From NCBI GenBank assembly GCA_012026655.1, contig JAAILG010000074.1, positions 62,001-126,000 on the forward strand: a stretch of 64,000 bases of DNA, read 5' to 3'. The translations under genes and the position numbers were made by a program. This DNA is from Hydrolagus affinis. Lineage: Eukaryota. Shown in pieces: positions 1-51,127 of the stretch. Under the pieces are notes generated by a model. The model was given only the letters and a program-made list of their open reading frames with translations. It searched no databases and was not told where the DNA came from. Numbering within the stretch: the first letter of the stretch is position 1; each line of letters opens with the position of its first letter.

Positions 1-2219
1 GACTGAGTGTTTGCAGGGTGAACGTGGCTATCGATTTATGCACAGCAATACGTCACTTACAACTCTTCCAGCACTAACTTGTAATGTCAGCCTGAAGGCT
101 ATGAATTGGAAGTGCTGAAGAGTCCCAAATATTGGTTTTCCGCTTGCTCCTTTTCTGCTGAATTAGGTCATCAAAGTGCCTGGACCTCAGTCATCCCAGA
201 CAGTTACAGCACTTTGAACCAACTATGTTCAGCTAGACCAACACAACATGAAAATAAACACATTTGACCCGAGGACAAACAAAATAAAAACATAACAGTT
301 CCTAAAGATTATGCAGGTAAAAGTGAAGATGCTATAAAACAAAAAACATGCATTGTTATGAATCTCAGACTTTGAATGTGCCAGAGTCTGTAAATCATTG
401 CATTTAGGGTGTTACTTACTCAAACAATTGAAATCCCTCTGGTAAAATACTGATTACATGCAGCAAAGGAAGTACAGTATGAATCTGCACGTTTTGATGC
501 AACTTCATTGCCTCTGAATCTAAAAATAAACAAGTTATTTTCTACGTGCAAAATAAATCGCATTCAAATAAAAAGAAGGAATGTTTGCTTTTGAAGTGAA
601 AAGAATAGCCTTGCAAATATATATCTGTTACAATATTGTAATAATATATTTTCATAGATTTTACCTGAAGATACATATAATATGCTCTCTACCTGGGGTG
701 AACTGGCTGAGTAATAATTTATTTCATAACTTTATATCCAACAGGTATGTATTTTGTAGCACTGAAACTACAATTCAAAATTATATTTAAATAAAAATTA
801 TTTAACAGCTTTGAAAATGAAGGTAAAATGAAAGACTCAGTAACAAATCCATTTAATACAATACAAAGTGGCATCAGAGAACACATCAGAGCACTAGTGG
901 CTTTGGATTTTCAGAAATTGATCTCATGAGCGAAACAATGCATTCCCTGATACAAATACTGTATAACACAATGAAGTCCTAAGTATCTAAACTATGCAGA
1001 CCCAAAGATAATTTGGCAGTAAAAAAAATTCTTATAATACCACCCATGTTTATTTTTTCAGAATATTAGAACTGTTTCAATGATTAGAAAAGCGCCACCT
1101 CTGGCTGGCTCAGATAATAGAATACAGTATTTCAGACATCAGTGTTTTTAATAAGAGAGACTCCACTGAACTGCACATAGTGTAAGTACTGTACTATTTG
1201 ACAACTGGTTGTAAACTCTACCAAATCTTAGCTGGTTAAGAAGCAAATGAACCATTTCCCACAAACAATTTGAAAATCCATATCGAGCTTCTGTGGTTAC
1301 TTCTTTGCCCAACACAAATGCACAATTCGCGTTTGGAATACAGAGGTGCTTCTATAATAACACAGCCCACTTTCATTTGCACTTGCTTGTGTTTGTATAA
1401 CAATCTTGAGGAAAATATTGATTACTTTTCATCCAATGTTACAGAAAAGTTAGTTTTTTGAAAAAAAAGCTAAGCCAGGAACAAAACACATACAATCTAC
1501 ATGTAGAATAATGGATACCTGGAAATAATTATGAGCAGTAATCTAATCAAGGAGTTCAGAAGATTTATATATAAAATAGTGGAAACCTGGGAGCTATTAC
1601 AAGGCAATAATTTAATTGAGTTCAGATGACATCATAAATTTCACAAAATGAAGCTGAAGCAGTTTATATTCATCATCTTAAGCTCAAGATTAAACCACTG
1701 CCTTGAATCAATCCCTGATATCTGGTATCTGTTAATATACATATTGCTTCAATTTTATGTGGGGTTTTTTTTGAGGGTAAGCTTTTATGATATTGGTGAC
1801 TGTTAATGGAAGCCTTCCATTGCAGTTGAGAGGTGAAGCCGATCAACATTCACAGAAAGGATTAATGATAGGAAGGTCAGTCCTTCCACTTCATCAAAAA
1901 ACCCCCTGCATTTATTGGGACCTTCTAATGCCAAGCATATACTTTACATAAGGTTAACTTTGCTTCTGGTCTTCAACCTTATTCAGAATATCTTTACTGC
2001 TGTGCTGTGTTCAACTATCCACATGTAAAAGATGACTAATGTGAACTCCATGAGCATTTTAAAGGCATCCAGAGAAGAATATGCCAGGTCCTGTTTTAAA
2101 ATTCAAGGGATCATATTCTCACCATGTGGCCTTTCTTTGTTTCGATGGCTGGATTAAACAAAACATTTTGTGAACACATAAAAGGCGTTCTAACCTTTTG
2201 TCCTTGCTCAAATGTGCTG

Positions 2220-2468
2220 CCCTATTGTTTTCCTTGTTTATAAAAATGTATATTTTGCCACAAAGCCTTCAAAACATTTAAAGTCCTCTGCCTTTACTCA
2301 TTCTTGGGAAATGTGAAATTAAAAGCAGGACGTGGTGACCTCAGATCCTCAGGATCAGAAACAGGGGGAAAAAAAGTTAGTCAGGAAATCTCTCACGTCA
2401 GAATCAGGAGAACACTGCCTCACTTTTTTCAGCTCTGATTGTGGGACTGTTGGTAAAGTAAAGCCTCC
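2220..2468 (+). promoter_or_regulatory. Candidate ADGRL4 proximal promoter / 5' UTR
   Basis: Immediately upstream of the ATG: TATAAAAA 2239-2246, SOX-like CTATTGTT ~2222, ACGTG 2330-2334, ETS-like CAGGAAAT ~2382, CRE/E-box-like TCACGTCA 2393-2400. Motif inspection only; TSS unknown. Confidence 0.35.
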
Positions 2469-40354
<37,886 letters not shown>

Positions 40355-41615
40355 ACTGGATTAGAGATGTAACAACAGGAAAAAAAATCACAAAGAAAAG
40401 AATACAGATTTCAGAATGGCTGCAGGCAATGTTGTTGGGTTACTTTTATAATTTATTTGAAGCTTTACAATGGGATTTGGAACTCCACTTATTTCTTACT
40501 CTAGCCTCAAACTTCGCTATCACATCCATATAAAACATCACATGCACGGCATAGCTCCATGAAAGTAAGGGAAAGGATTTAGGAAAGGATTTGGTTAGAT
40601 GTTATTTCAGATTGCAGATTAGGAAATAATGCAGATGGTGAGACATGCAACATTTGTAATTATCACCTAAAAGGGGGGAGTTTTTAATCGAAAGTCCTGC
40701 TTCATCAGTAAAGCAATCTCGATTTGGGGTCTCCAAGTTCTTTACATTTAAACCTGGTCTATCGTTAAGAGCTGCAGTTTCCCAGGTTATCAGATCGACA
40801 TTGGAGAAATCCACTGATATTACCTAAACCTGCAATCTTCCCATTGCAACGCCAAATTACTTTTTTTCTTGTCATCGTCTATGCTAGCACGAGCAGCAAT
40901 GGCAAAGGAGTCCATGTAATGATATCCTGACTCTTTCAGTTGAATTATAATACTGTATGTAGATGTCTTGAGTGAAAAGACAAAAATGAACTCTAAAGAA
41001 TAGAATATATTTTCATTACAACAATTTGCACTTATATTGATGGAGCGGGAGCCTGAGCACAGTGAGAGATGGGAGAGGGGAGGGAGGGGGGGTGTAGGAG
41101 TAAAGGCATCAAGAACATCCAAATATCTTTCACAGCATCTCGTAGACAACTACCAACAAGTATGCAACTGCACAAAAAAAGGGACCTGACAACTAACACA
41201 TAAGTCAAAATATTCACCCTATCACTGATACATTATTCCAAGTCCTGTTTAGATTATGTGACACTTAAATAGTAATATTGCTTTTGGTTTGAAATAGTCA
41301 ATCAATATTTTCTACTGATACGGGCTTTGACATTACAAACTCACGGGAGCCCAAGTGGCTTCTCTTGTCTAGGGTTCATCTCATCAAGGTTTGAACTCTT
41401 GGTAAAAGCATCAGCCAGGGTGAGGAAATAGGTCTGTTACAACAGAGGACTTATGGCATCACAATGTCGTCTTACAACAAATTTCAAATGTAATTGATAA
41501 CTGTACAGAGTTTTACACTGTAAACTTACCTTTCTGTGGATTCGTTGAAAAAAACTTGCTTCCATATATGCTTTTTTAATTAAAACTGTGTGATACATGT
41601 AAATATACTGCAGAT

Positions 41616-41621
41616 AATAAA
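41616..41621 (+). terminator. Candidate polyadenylation signal of ADGRL4 (AATAAA)
   Basis: First AATAAA I noticed downstream of the stop (~1.26 kb), in a repeat-free AT-rich 3' UTR-like stretch; alternatives at 42590-42595 and 42650-42655. Confidence 0.4.
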
Positions 41622-44600
41622 ATTATGGTTTGCGTAATTTATTCATACATTAAGTGATGATGTTGATTGACACAGTCGAAGGTGCATAAAATCTATGTTT
41701 AGAAAACAGCAGCATTTCACAGGCAAAATCACATTGGGATTCCATTGCAATATGAACTCTCTATTGCAGGTATCAGCCATAGAACCTGATAAAATAGTGA
41801 AATGTCCCTGTATAAAAATAACTGGATAGAATATTAGAACTAAAACATGCATTATGGAGATTGTCTTCTAAATTGCTAGGCACCTTATCTATTCTTACTG
41901 TCGAAATGCATACTATTTACTAGTCACGCTCAGAGAATTTTTTTTTTTGTTCTTCATTTAAGGGAGGGAACACATTCAGTGACATGAATGTACATTTGAT
42001 CCAGATATGAGGCACTATGCAGAATTAAAACTAAATTCCCTAAATATCTGGCCATTCATTAATGAGCTCATTTGAATATTCAACTCTTGCAATTAGGAGG
42101 TTTGCTGCAGTCACAGCCATTAATGTGAGGTATACACATTGTTTGCAGCAAGCAGCCAGCAAAGGAAGCTCCTGCAGTGATCTCTATGTACAGTATTGAC
42201 TGTTCACATTGATCCACTCCTGGTCAAAGAGTTGAGTGCTGAGCACAGGGACACCGCACTGATTTCCTGCAAATTGGGGGTGGGGGGAGGGGGATGTTTC
42301 TTGAATTTACGTCAAATTATATTTTGTTTGAGATTTACTTCAACTTGTAATATCAAAGTGGGGAAATCATTTTCTTCACTTTCTGTTCAACAATAGTAAT
42401 ACAGATTTACAAATAATTTCTGTTTTTGATATATAGCACAAGTACCAGTTCAATAATGTGGAGGTGGCCAGGTCACCAAAGGTTTACGCGTCTGTGGCAT
42501 TTGATTTCCCTCTTACTGGCAACATTTATACTCCAGTAGAAACTGTGATGCATTCTCTGTACAGAAATCTTTACAAACATATATTTCTAAATAAAATCTT
42601 TCATACACTGAACTCTGCAAATCTCACGGCAGGGGTAATTCCAAATATCAATAAACATTATTCAAAATAGAGCAGTCAGTTTTATTTTAGTTGCTCGTTT
42701 CATACAGGAATGGCAGCTTAAAGCTCTTTTGTCTATTTCAAAACAAAATTGATGGTATTCTTTTCTCTATCACTTGCAAAAAAATATTGGTCTGAATGCA
42801 TTTTTATTCTGCAACATTGTCTCACATTAAAAGCATTGTGTTTCATCACTCTCACTTTGTCCACAACATAACACTTTCCCTTTAGTTGTCAATTTGAAAA
42901 TCCATCGGCAGAAACAAAGAGATTCACTGGAGTGTCTCCATACAAAAGAGACAATTGCAATGCCAAGATATGAAACGATGATGAGTTTTACTCCATGATA
43001 AAAACAAATGCAAAATGCTTTTGAAAACTGGAGCTTGACCATGGCACAAAGTTCAAACTATATCTGCCTGATCAAATAACAGTTCTGAAAGCTCTTTTAA
43101 GTTGTCTTATCTTTTGATTGAATCGTGGAGTTAAAATGCTGCCCCAACTTTGAGATTCAGTCCTGCAATACCTTCCATTTTTAGCTGAGATGGTCCAACA
43201 AATTTAAATTCTGTCACTTTTAAATTGAGTTTTATGATGCTGAAACTCACTTCTGGAGAGAGGCAGTTTATGTAATTTGTTGAGAAATATTCAAGTGAAA
43301 GCTGTGCTGAAAATAGTCAGTAGACATATAATTGATATATTTTTTTCAAGATTTAAATTGAAATGAATGACTCAATATTCCCCCACCCAAAAAAAATTCA
43401 GATGATATTAATAGAATTGTAAATGGAGGACTGTGCAGTAGATTTTCTTGACAAACAGAATATATTCTGCAATCCACAATTCTCCATTGAGTATTCTCTT
43501 TATTGTAGGATGGAAGCAGCTCATCCTGATTGGACTTGACTGTAGTGTCCTCCAATACATTCCTTCTCATTAGTTCCGCCTGCTCTTTCTAGCCTCTCTA
43601 TATCCGCCTGCACTGTCTGCACAAATACTATCAGTTTAAAAATGTTTCAAATATCAACAGCTTCTCCAGCTTAGCTGATGATTTCTGAGATATCTCAACA
43701 AGCAGAGGCTATCAGTGGTGGCATTTTGCTTCCATACCCAAATGCTTTTGACCTTAGCTCTATTATAGAAAATTCATCCCCTTCTCAAAACTATAATCCT
43801 CTTTGCATCACCATCTTAAATACATGTTCAATATCCCTGAATATCAAAGAATGTTGATATTGAGAATTTGGGGCATCATCTATAAATATGTGACACTGTC
43901 CATCAGCTTGTCAAAGACACAAGAATATTTGGATTATCCAAAAGGGACTATTAAGGACAATACTGCCATCACTACACACGGTCAGTAATTCACATCAGTT
44001 TTCTGTCCTTTAATTTCTGGAAAGCTGAACTAGAACCACCACAGTTCCAAGATGATACAAGTGCATAGCACAGAGGGCCTTATAATTCAGAATGAATGTT
44101 ATTGTATTTTAGTTTCATTCAGAGATCATTGAAATGGATGACGCGGTTTAAGGAAATATTGCACTGTTGCGGTAAAGTCCTCTTTTGAGGTTAACATTCA
44201 GACCCATTGGAAGGTAAGATTTTCAATGGGTTTAACCCCTGCTTTATCTGTTCTGGGAGTGCTTGATACTGATACTCAATGCAAAGGAAAGAAAGGCAAC
44301 TGATTCAGCAGAACTACCATCTTCAATCTGCATGATGGTGACATTTCACGTTTGACTTTGCTCCAAAAATATCGAAGCAAAGTGTTAGCAAAAGGTGAGT
44401 TCATTGGATTAGGGAAGGTATCAGCCCGCCCAACATCCAAAGAAATCTCAAACGTGGGCATTTTGGACAGAGTTGTCCGCTTTGAAGATATTTGTGCAAT
44501 ATCTTAAGTTAATATGTCTTACAAGTTCAAACTCTATATCAATTCTGATGTAGGTTTACGTTGGTACTCCAAAGGGTTAACAATTTTTATGTTGTGTTGC

Positions 44601-45033
44601 TCAGTGAACCACAAGATAAATCTAGCAGCTTAACTTGGCTGCTAAAAGAGTTGAGTATTCATAATTTGAATGGAACGCTGGGACTCTTGTTCCAGTATCA
44701 CAAAGAACTGACAGAAACCTGCTGTCACGGTAGGCTGTTCCCGTTGTATAACTCTCACTTTCTTTTGAGCTCACAGTACTTTTGTTGAACTGGTTTTACG
44801 CCTCCTAATAACTGTGGGTAGCCAGAGCGTGAAGATATGCAATACAATGGATTGAACACATTTTTTCCAGCTCTTGAACCCGAGTTTAAATCCAGTCCCA
44901 AGTGGTGGGATAAATGTTCCATCTGTTCCATGCTAAAATAAGTAATCTTGATCTTGTCTGAGTTCTCGCTGGATATAATCCAGGACGCAAAAGTAGTCAA
45001 AGCTTGGCACTAATTGGACAATCTTGCTCATAG

Positions 45034-45585
45034 AACAACAACAAAATTACACTTGTACAACACCTTTCATGTTGGGAGGATATCCCAAGGCGCTGGGCAG
45101 TCAATGTTACAGACCCAAGGTGGGGTGGGGGATCAGGGAGGGTGGAAGGAAAGGGGGGGTTGGGCGGGAGTTGGCGGGACCGATGGGACCATCAAAGAGG
45201 AGGGTCTTGAGGCAGGACTTGAAGGAGGCTAGGGAGGGCCGAGGCAGAAGGACTGTGGGATGGAGTTCCAGAGGTTGGAGACAGAGTGGCTGAAGGCTCG
45301 CCCGCCAATGGTAGGGTGGGTGGATCAGGGGATGTGGAGCAGGTCGGATCCTGCTGAGCGGAGGGGGTGGTCAGGTTGGTAGGGGGTTAGGAGGTCACAG
45401 AGGGAGGCGAGGAATGGAAGGCTCTGAAGGTGAGGACCAGGATCTTGAATTGAATCCTCTGGGTGACGGGGAGCCAATGGAGTCGGGCGAGGATGGGGAG
45501 ATGGGGGTCACAAAGCTTGGAGCGGTAGAGGACACAGAGTTCTGGATTATCTGTAGCCTATGGAGGGAGGCATTGGGAAGGCCAA
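45034..45585 (-). mobile_element. L2 LINE 3' fragment
   Basis: Collinear with 10425-11020 (GATGGGACCATCAAAGAGG..GGTCTTGAG; GAAGGCTAGGGAGGG-like block); (TTG)n tail. Confidence 0.92.
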
Positions 45586-45586
45586 T

Positions 45587-45770
45587 ATGGGAGCATTCAA
45601 TACTGGCATTGAGTGAAGGGAGGAGAAGTCAAAAAGATAGACGATCTTGTGAACGGAAACGTCCTACTTGTACAGAAAGGAATGTTCTTCTGAGGTTGAG
45701 GTTGAAACACATTTTGGCAGTTCATGGGCAACATGGGAGCATTCAATACTGGCATTGAGTGAAGGGAGGA
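45587..45770. repeat. Perfect 38-bp direct repeat (45587-45624 and 45733-45770)
   Basis: ATGGGAGCATTCAATACTGGCATTGAGTGAAGGGAGGA twice, 108 bp apart. Confidence 0.95.
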
Positions 45771-46731
45771 AAATAAAACTTCATCCTCTCATATCATCAT
45801 CCTTCCCTTGATAAGCATAACATTCATAGAAAATAGCAAATAGAAATGATTCCTCACAAGTAAAGAAATCAAAATGTAATCATTAAACAATGATTCTGAA
45901 ACCTGAAATAGGTCTAACTAATTGTTTACTTTGGGGGTGGCCAGAGAAAGAGAACAATACATAGCCAATTCATGTTCGGCCAGACACAATAGGCTGAATG
46001 GCTTTCTTCTGTGCAGTAAATTTCTATTTATTTTTGAACACACATCTAACCAAACAATTTGCTGAAGAACACAATTGAAGAATTTAGTTAAAATTCTATA
46101 GAGGAGAATTTGTTGACATTCTCATCATTTTCCATTTAAATATTTCTAATTCTTTCAGGAAACCTTTTCAGTCTATGTCAATCCAGGCTTTACATGAGAT
46201 GTTTCACTGTTAAAAAAAAGTAGAGATACTGTTTAACCTTTAAAGCCCTTATAAGTATTTCACAAAACAATGATGATGCTTATATGTATGTCTATTTTTA
46301 ATATATATATACTTTATTTAAAAATCATCTAAATTACTTCTGCTTAGAAAAGAAATGTTGCACCAAATTTATTTTGTTAATATCATGCAAATGTCTTTCC
46401 TTATAAATAGAATGCTGGGCTTCTACAAATCACTTATTTCAATATGAAAGACATTATCTTAGAAATGCATTTAAATAGCAAATATTCTTTCTGAACTTCA
46501 GAATTTGTGCAGGTTCCAAGGATGATTTGCACATGATGCTAAGGAAAACCCAGAATACATTTACTCTTAAGAAGGATTTACTGTAAAAATAATGCCCTCA
46601 CAGGCACAGAGTCAGTGTTATCAGAGCCACTTGCATTAATGCAGATATGTGTCCTATCTCACCATTGAATAATTAGTTTAACATTTCCTGCAATCAAAGA
46701 CATTTACAGTGCAAAAGGAGGGCATTCAAAA

Positions 46732-47048
46732 GTGTAGCTCCTGTAACTCAGTGGTTAGAGCACTCGCCTTGCAAGCGTGTGTTTGATTCCAGGCAGATCA
46801 GGGCGAAAGCTTGGGCAAGTTTCCTTATTCCACACACCTAATAATAATCGTCCAAAAAAAAATACAAGAATAAAAAGTTGGTCATTTTCAACCCACGACT
46901 TTTTGTGGGGACGCTGCTGTGTGCAATTGGCTGCCGCGTTTCGCCCACAAATATACAGTCAATTCACTTTACAGTATATTCTGTGAAGTGCTTTGAGACT
47001 TCTCAATGATATGATAAGAGGCTGTGTCAAAAGTAAGCTTTATTATTA
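46732..47048 (+). mobile_element. tRNA-headed SINE, full length, short variant
   Basis: A box TAACTCAGTGG, body CTGCTGTGTGCAATTGGCTGCCGCGTTTCGCCCAC, tail. Confidence 0.92.
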
Positions 47049-50000
47049 CAGTATTATAATATTGTTTTGAATGATTGCCATTTCCACCCCTTTAATAAAA
47101 GTCATACCACTTTAATGAAGTTCTGGAACCTGAAATTGAAAGCAGAAACTTCAAGTTCATTTTTGCAGCAATTTTAATTTTGGCTTATTTTTAAGTCTTA
47201 TTTGGCCCTGCTGGATTAGGATCCCAGGATCTCTAGTGTTCCTGTGATTGCTTAGCCCTAAAACTGCCCCTCGCTTCTCTTGACTGGAATCTAAGATTTA
47301 CAACAATTAATGAAACCAAAACTGTAAAGCTTTAATAAAAGCTGTGATTATTACAACAGGACCCCATTTATGATGAGGAACCATTTTATTTCCTGTCCAA
47401 AAGTGTTTGAATAGGCATTTTCCAACAGTCGCTTGAGATTAGAAAGTTATTAGTTCCAACGATAATGATTTATTTATCTGATCTCCATTTTTAAACGATC
47501 CGCATAATTACATGCAAGTTTCACATCCACCATAGCCATCTAGCAATACATTGTATTCTAAGATTGCATATTACAAACGGTTCTAGAAGTGTTTCAATAC
47601 ATCAGTTAACAAGTTATAATGCTTTCACGACTCATTTCTTCATTCCCCAAAAAATTTATGTTGGTGCAATTAAAGTTACAGAGGCCAGGGAGATATCTCA
47701 AACATAAGGATAACAAATCGTTTCCATTTACCTTTTGATCTGCAGAGAATAAGATTCAGTGCTGCAGTAAACAAAGCCGTGAGGTTTTGCATGATTATAT
47801 TCTTCGAGTCAGAGTATTTCATTTCAATGTAATCTGTCAATCTGTCAGTCAGAGGTGAGCTAGTAAAACTGATGGATTTACAAAATACCCCAGCACTGCT
47901 TCACACACACAGGGAAGTATTTTTACTAGCCCTCTTTATTAGTAGTAATATTCAATATAAATCGTACTTAAATGTATTTCTGATAGGATATTCCTTAATT
48001 GTCTTACACAGGTATTTTGTACCTTCCCATTGTGTGTCCCACTGAAAAATACTGAAATCCTCCTGCCTCTTCGAGTGTGGAACCCTGTCCCGCTACAGGC
48101 TACTCTCCTGAAGAGCAAGTCTAATTAGAGAATTTCAAACCAAACATCAAGATTTATTAATGTATTCATTCATATAACAACAGCTTTGTAACATATTACA
48201 CCCTATTCATAAAAGATGAGAATCACTTGACTTTCCTTTTTTCCAGTAGTCCATATGGTGGTGCCTATCGGATTTTTAATTGGTTCTTTGAATATCATGA
48301 TGCTGTCGAAAAATGTTCCTTTTTTTCTCCCCTTAAATGAAAGCAAAGTTACTTTACTTGAACTATGGATATGTACTTTTCAGTAATTTTTTTTGAAAAA
48401 AAAGTCTACCAGATAGCTTAAAGGGATAAAATCCATCAAGTGGGAACTCTTGGCATTCCAGTGAAAGGACAAAAGTTTGATCTTATAGTCTGGCGCAGCC
48501 CCTTTCTATAGTCGTCTACTCTTTGCTGAGTATCCAGTCAGTGAGTGGTGATGACAAACTTCATCTGGAGTCAGCCAGGGAAGAGTTGAGTATCACTGGT
48601 CTTCTCTTGTACTACTGTTTCCTCGTGGAATTGAGGAAACAAACACACGAGCCAGCTGGAGAACCTTTTCAGTTCCAGATTCTCAAATTTCAGAAGTTTA
48701 GCACCTCTAAAAAAAATTATTCTCTTCCCCATCAACCAGACATATTAATTATATCCTTTCCAAGAACAGTGCTCATTTGCATTGCTTGGCATATAAATCA
48801 ATGCATCCCGTTTGAGTGGAAAGGAATTGCATTATGAAACATTTTTAATCTTTGTTCCACAAATTAGATCAAAGATTCAGGCTTGCTCAAAAGGCTAGGC
48901 TGGTCTTTTTCTTCATTTGTTCCCTTCTGGTAGGATGGCATACCAGACACACTGACCTAAAAACCACAAATGCAAATTATACAATCGACATTCTTCGTAA
49001 GAATCTGCCCATTTTAGTCATGGGATTACAATGCCTTGGACTCTGTAGACCATACTGACATCGAGGAACCCAATAAATGCCTTCAACATCTACCACACTG
49101 CCAGAACACAATACAGTGTAATAAAGTAAAACGGACCACTAAAGCAATCAAAAAGCATTTGCTATTGCATAGAAGCAGCACCTACCTTTGAAGGAAATGC
49201 TGCAACTCTCCTGAGCGCAAAGTAATTGAGTCAGGCATCTCTAAATCAAGTTACTAGCTGTTCCTTTTCGCAATAGGAAAAGCAATAAGCCTGTATACTG
49301 TGCAGATCAGCAGGAGAATAGTAACATTCTTTAGTCAAATACTATTTGTTGAAAGGGAGGTGGTGGGGGGGAAAAATGGTGAACGTATAATATTTTTCGG
49401 ATGCTTGCACTCCAGAACCTATTTTAGCAGTCAATTTCACCTTGTGTCACAGCGTCCTGCTGTACGAAAAATCGTTTTTAACCATGCAGATGTTCAAACA
49501 TCATTGCTTTTATAAATTAATAACAGTATAGAAGTCAATTTATGTGTACCTGGAACAGTATGGAACTGTTACCTACAGACAGGCTACTCGGTGAAATGTT
49601 ATTGCTCAATAACACAGAGCATTTCTCTGGATTCAACTGACAAATGTCAATAATTCTTTAACAAGGAGCAAAGATACCAGCAAGGGTATGCAAATAGCTG
49701 AACCATGCCGAGCAGAGGAAAAAGCAAAATGTGGCACGTCTAAAAAGTGTAATGAAATTCAAGATTTGGCCAATTTTTGTAGTGTAGTGATAGAAAGGGT
49801 TACTGTAGTTTCCTTGAGAAGCACTTAGTTGAGTTGAGTGATTGATTGGAGCCAGATTGTCTGGATTTTGTATACAGATTTTTTCAGTCTGCTCTGAAAA
49901 AACTGGAGAGAACAAGAGAACAAGACTCTGCTCTAAGCAAGTCTTGTTGGATATAGTATCTATAGCAAAGTGGTGCAAGCTGCTAGGCTGGAGTTATATT

Positions 50001-50296
50001 ACCTAAGCACATCCACAAAGCTCCACAGTGCCGAGCACTGGCTGATCCTTAAACATTAGGAAAAAGACTAGACTTTATAACACTTTAGAACTGATAAAAA
50101 TCCAATGTACCACCCAGGAATTTGTAAGTTTAAAAGTGTCCTTAATAGTTACTGCAAATACATAATATAAATTGAGGTGAGACAGAAACATAACTTTCCC
50201 CAAATCGGGTTTGAAATTCCTGGTTGTCCATAAAATTACGTAGAATGACATTGCATGAAACAGGCCTCCTGCCCAACTACAATCGTTCAACATGAA

Positions 50297-50555
50297 AACA
50301 ACAACACAAGGAGGGTGGGTGGGGGGATAACGGGGAGTGATTGTGGGATGGAATTACAGAAGTTAGAGGCAGAGTGGTTGAAGGCTCGCCCACTGATGGT
50401 GGAGTGAGTGGATCGGGGGACACGGAGGAGGCCGCAGCACGCTGATCGGTGAGGTTGGTAGGGGGTTTCGAGGTCGCAGAGATAAGGTGGGGCAAGGATA
50501 TGTAGGGCTTTAAAGGTGAGGACCAGGATCCTGAATTGAATCCTCTGAGTGATGG
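50297..50555 (-). mobile_element. L2 LINE 3' fragment
   Basis: QRIQFRILVLTFKALHILAPPYLCDL..PYQPHRS on the minus strand. Confidence 0.9.
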
Positions 50556-51039
50556 CCTTAGATCTGCACAATTTGGACAATTATATTTGCATGTGTCAAG
50601 GTGTACCAAATGCTCAGTGAATGGCATATTTACGACAAGCTGTTGTTGAATCACAATTTCTTCATGGAAGATGTACCTCCCTCATTTCACTTAATCATGA
50701 ATCCTGATTCTTATGGAGCCCACTCTAGCCCGTTCATGCCATTTGCCCATGATTGATCCAAAGTCGCTCTTTTATTCACCCTCTTTTACTCTGACTCCTT
50801 ATCCCTCAAGTCCTTTCAGTCTCTATTAAACTTTCTCTGGCTTTATGGGTGGCACCTTTCCTGCTACTGCTCTGTCCCTTTTAATCACCAATTTGTTCTT
50901 ATGAGGAGTTAGTTTCTGGCTGTTCCAAGATTCAGAGAAGCAGCATCATTGCTGCATTTCAACAAGTAAAAGAAGAGCAGGCACAGATATGTCATTGCAC
51001 AGAAACTCCACAAGTATATTTTATTAATTCAACAGATCC

Positions 51040-51127
51040 TTTTAGCGCTTTGAGAGGTTGATAAGACGTAATAAGACATGGAAAGCGCTATACAAATGTA
51101 AGGATTATTATTATTATTATTATTATA
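51040..51127 (+). mobile_element. SINE tail with (ATT)n
   Basis: AGCGCTTTGAGA...AAAGCGCTATACAAATGTAAGG(ATT)n. Confidence 0.75.

Noticed and set aside
1-240. Possible further LF-SINE relic on the minus strand (GACTGAGTGTTTGCAGG, CTTCCAGCA)
   Set aside because: Only two or three short matches; too diverged to call without an HMM search
43300-44700. Coding-looking, repeat-free stretch downstream of ADGRL4
   Set aside because: Partial hand translation of the minus strand hits stops and gives no recognisable protein; cannot support a gene or transposon call
45587-45770. Repeat-spacer-repeat of CRISPR-like repeat length
   Set aside because: Only two units, 108-bp spacer, vertebrate context, no cas genes
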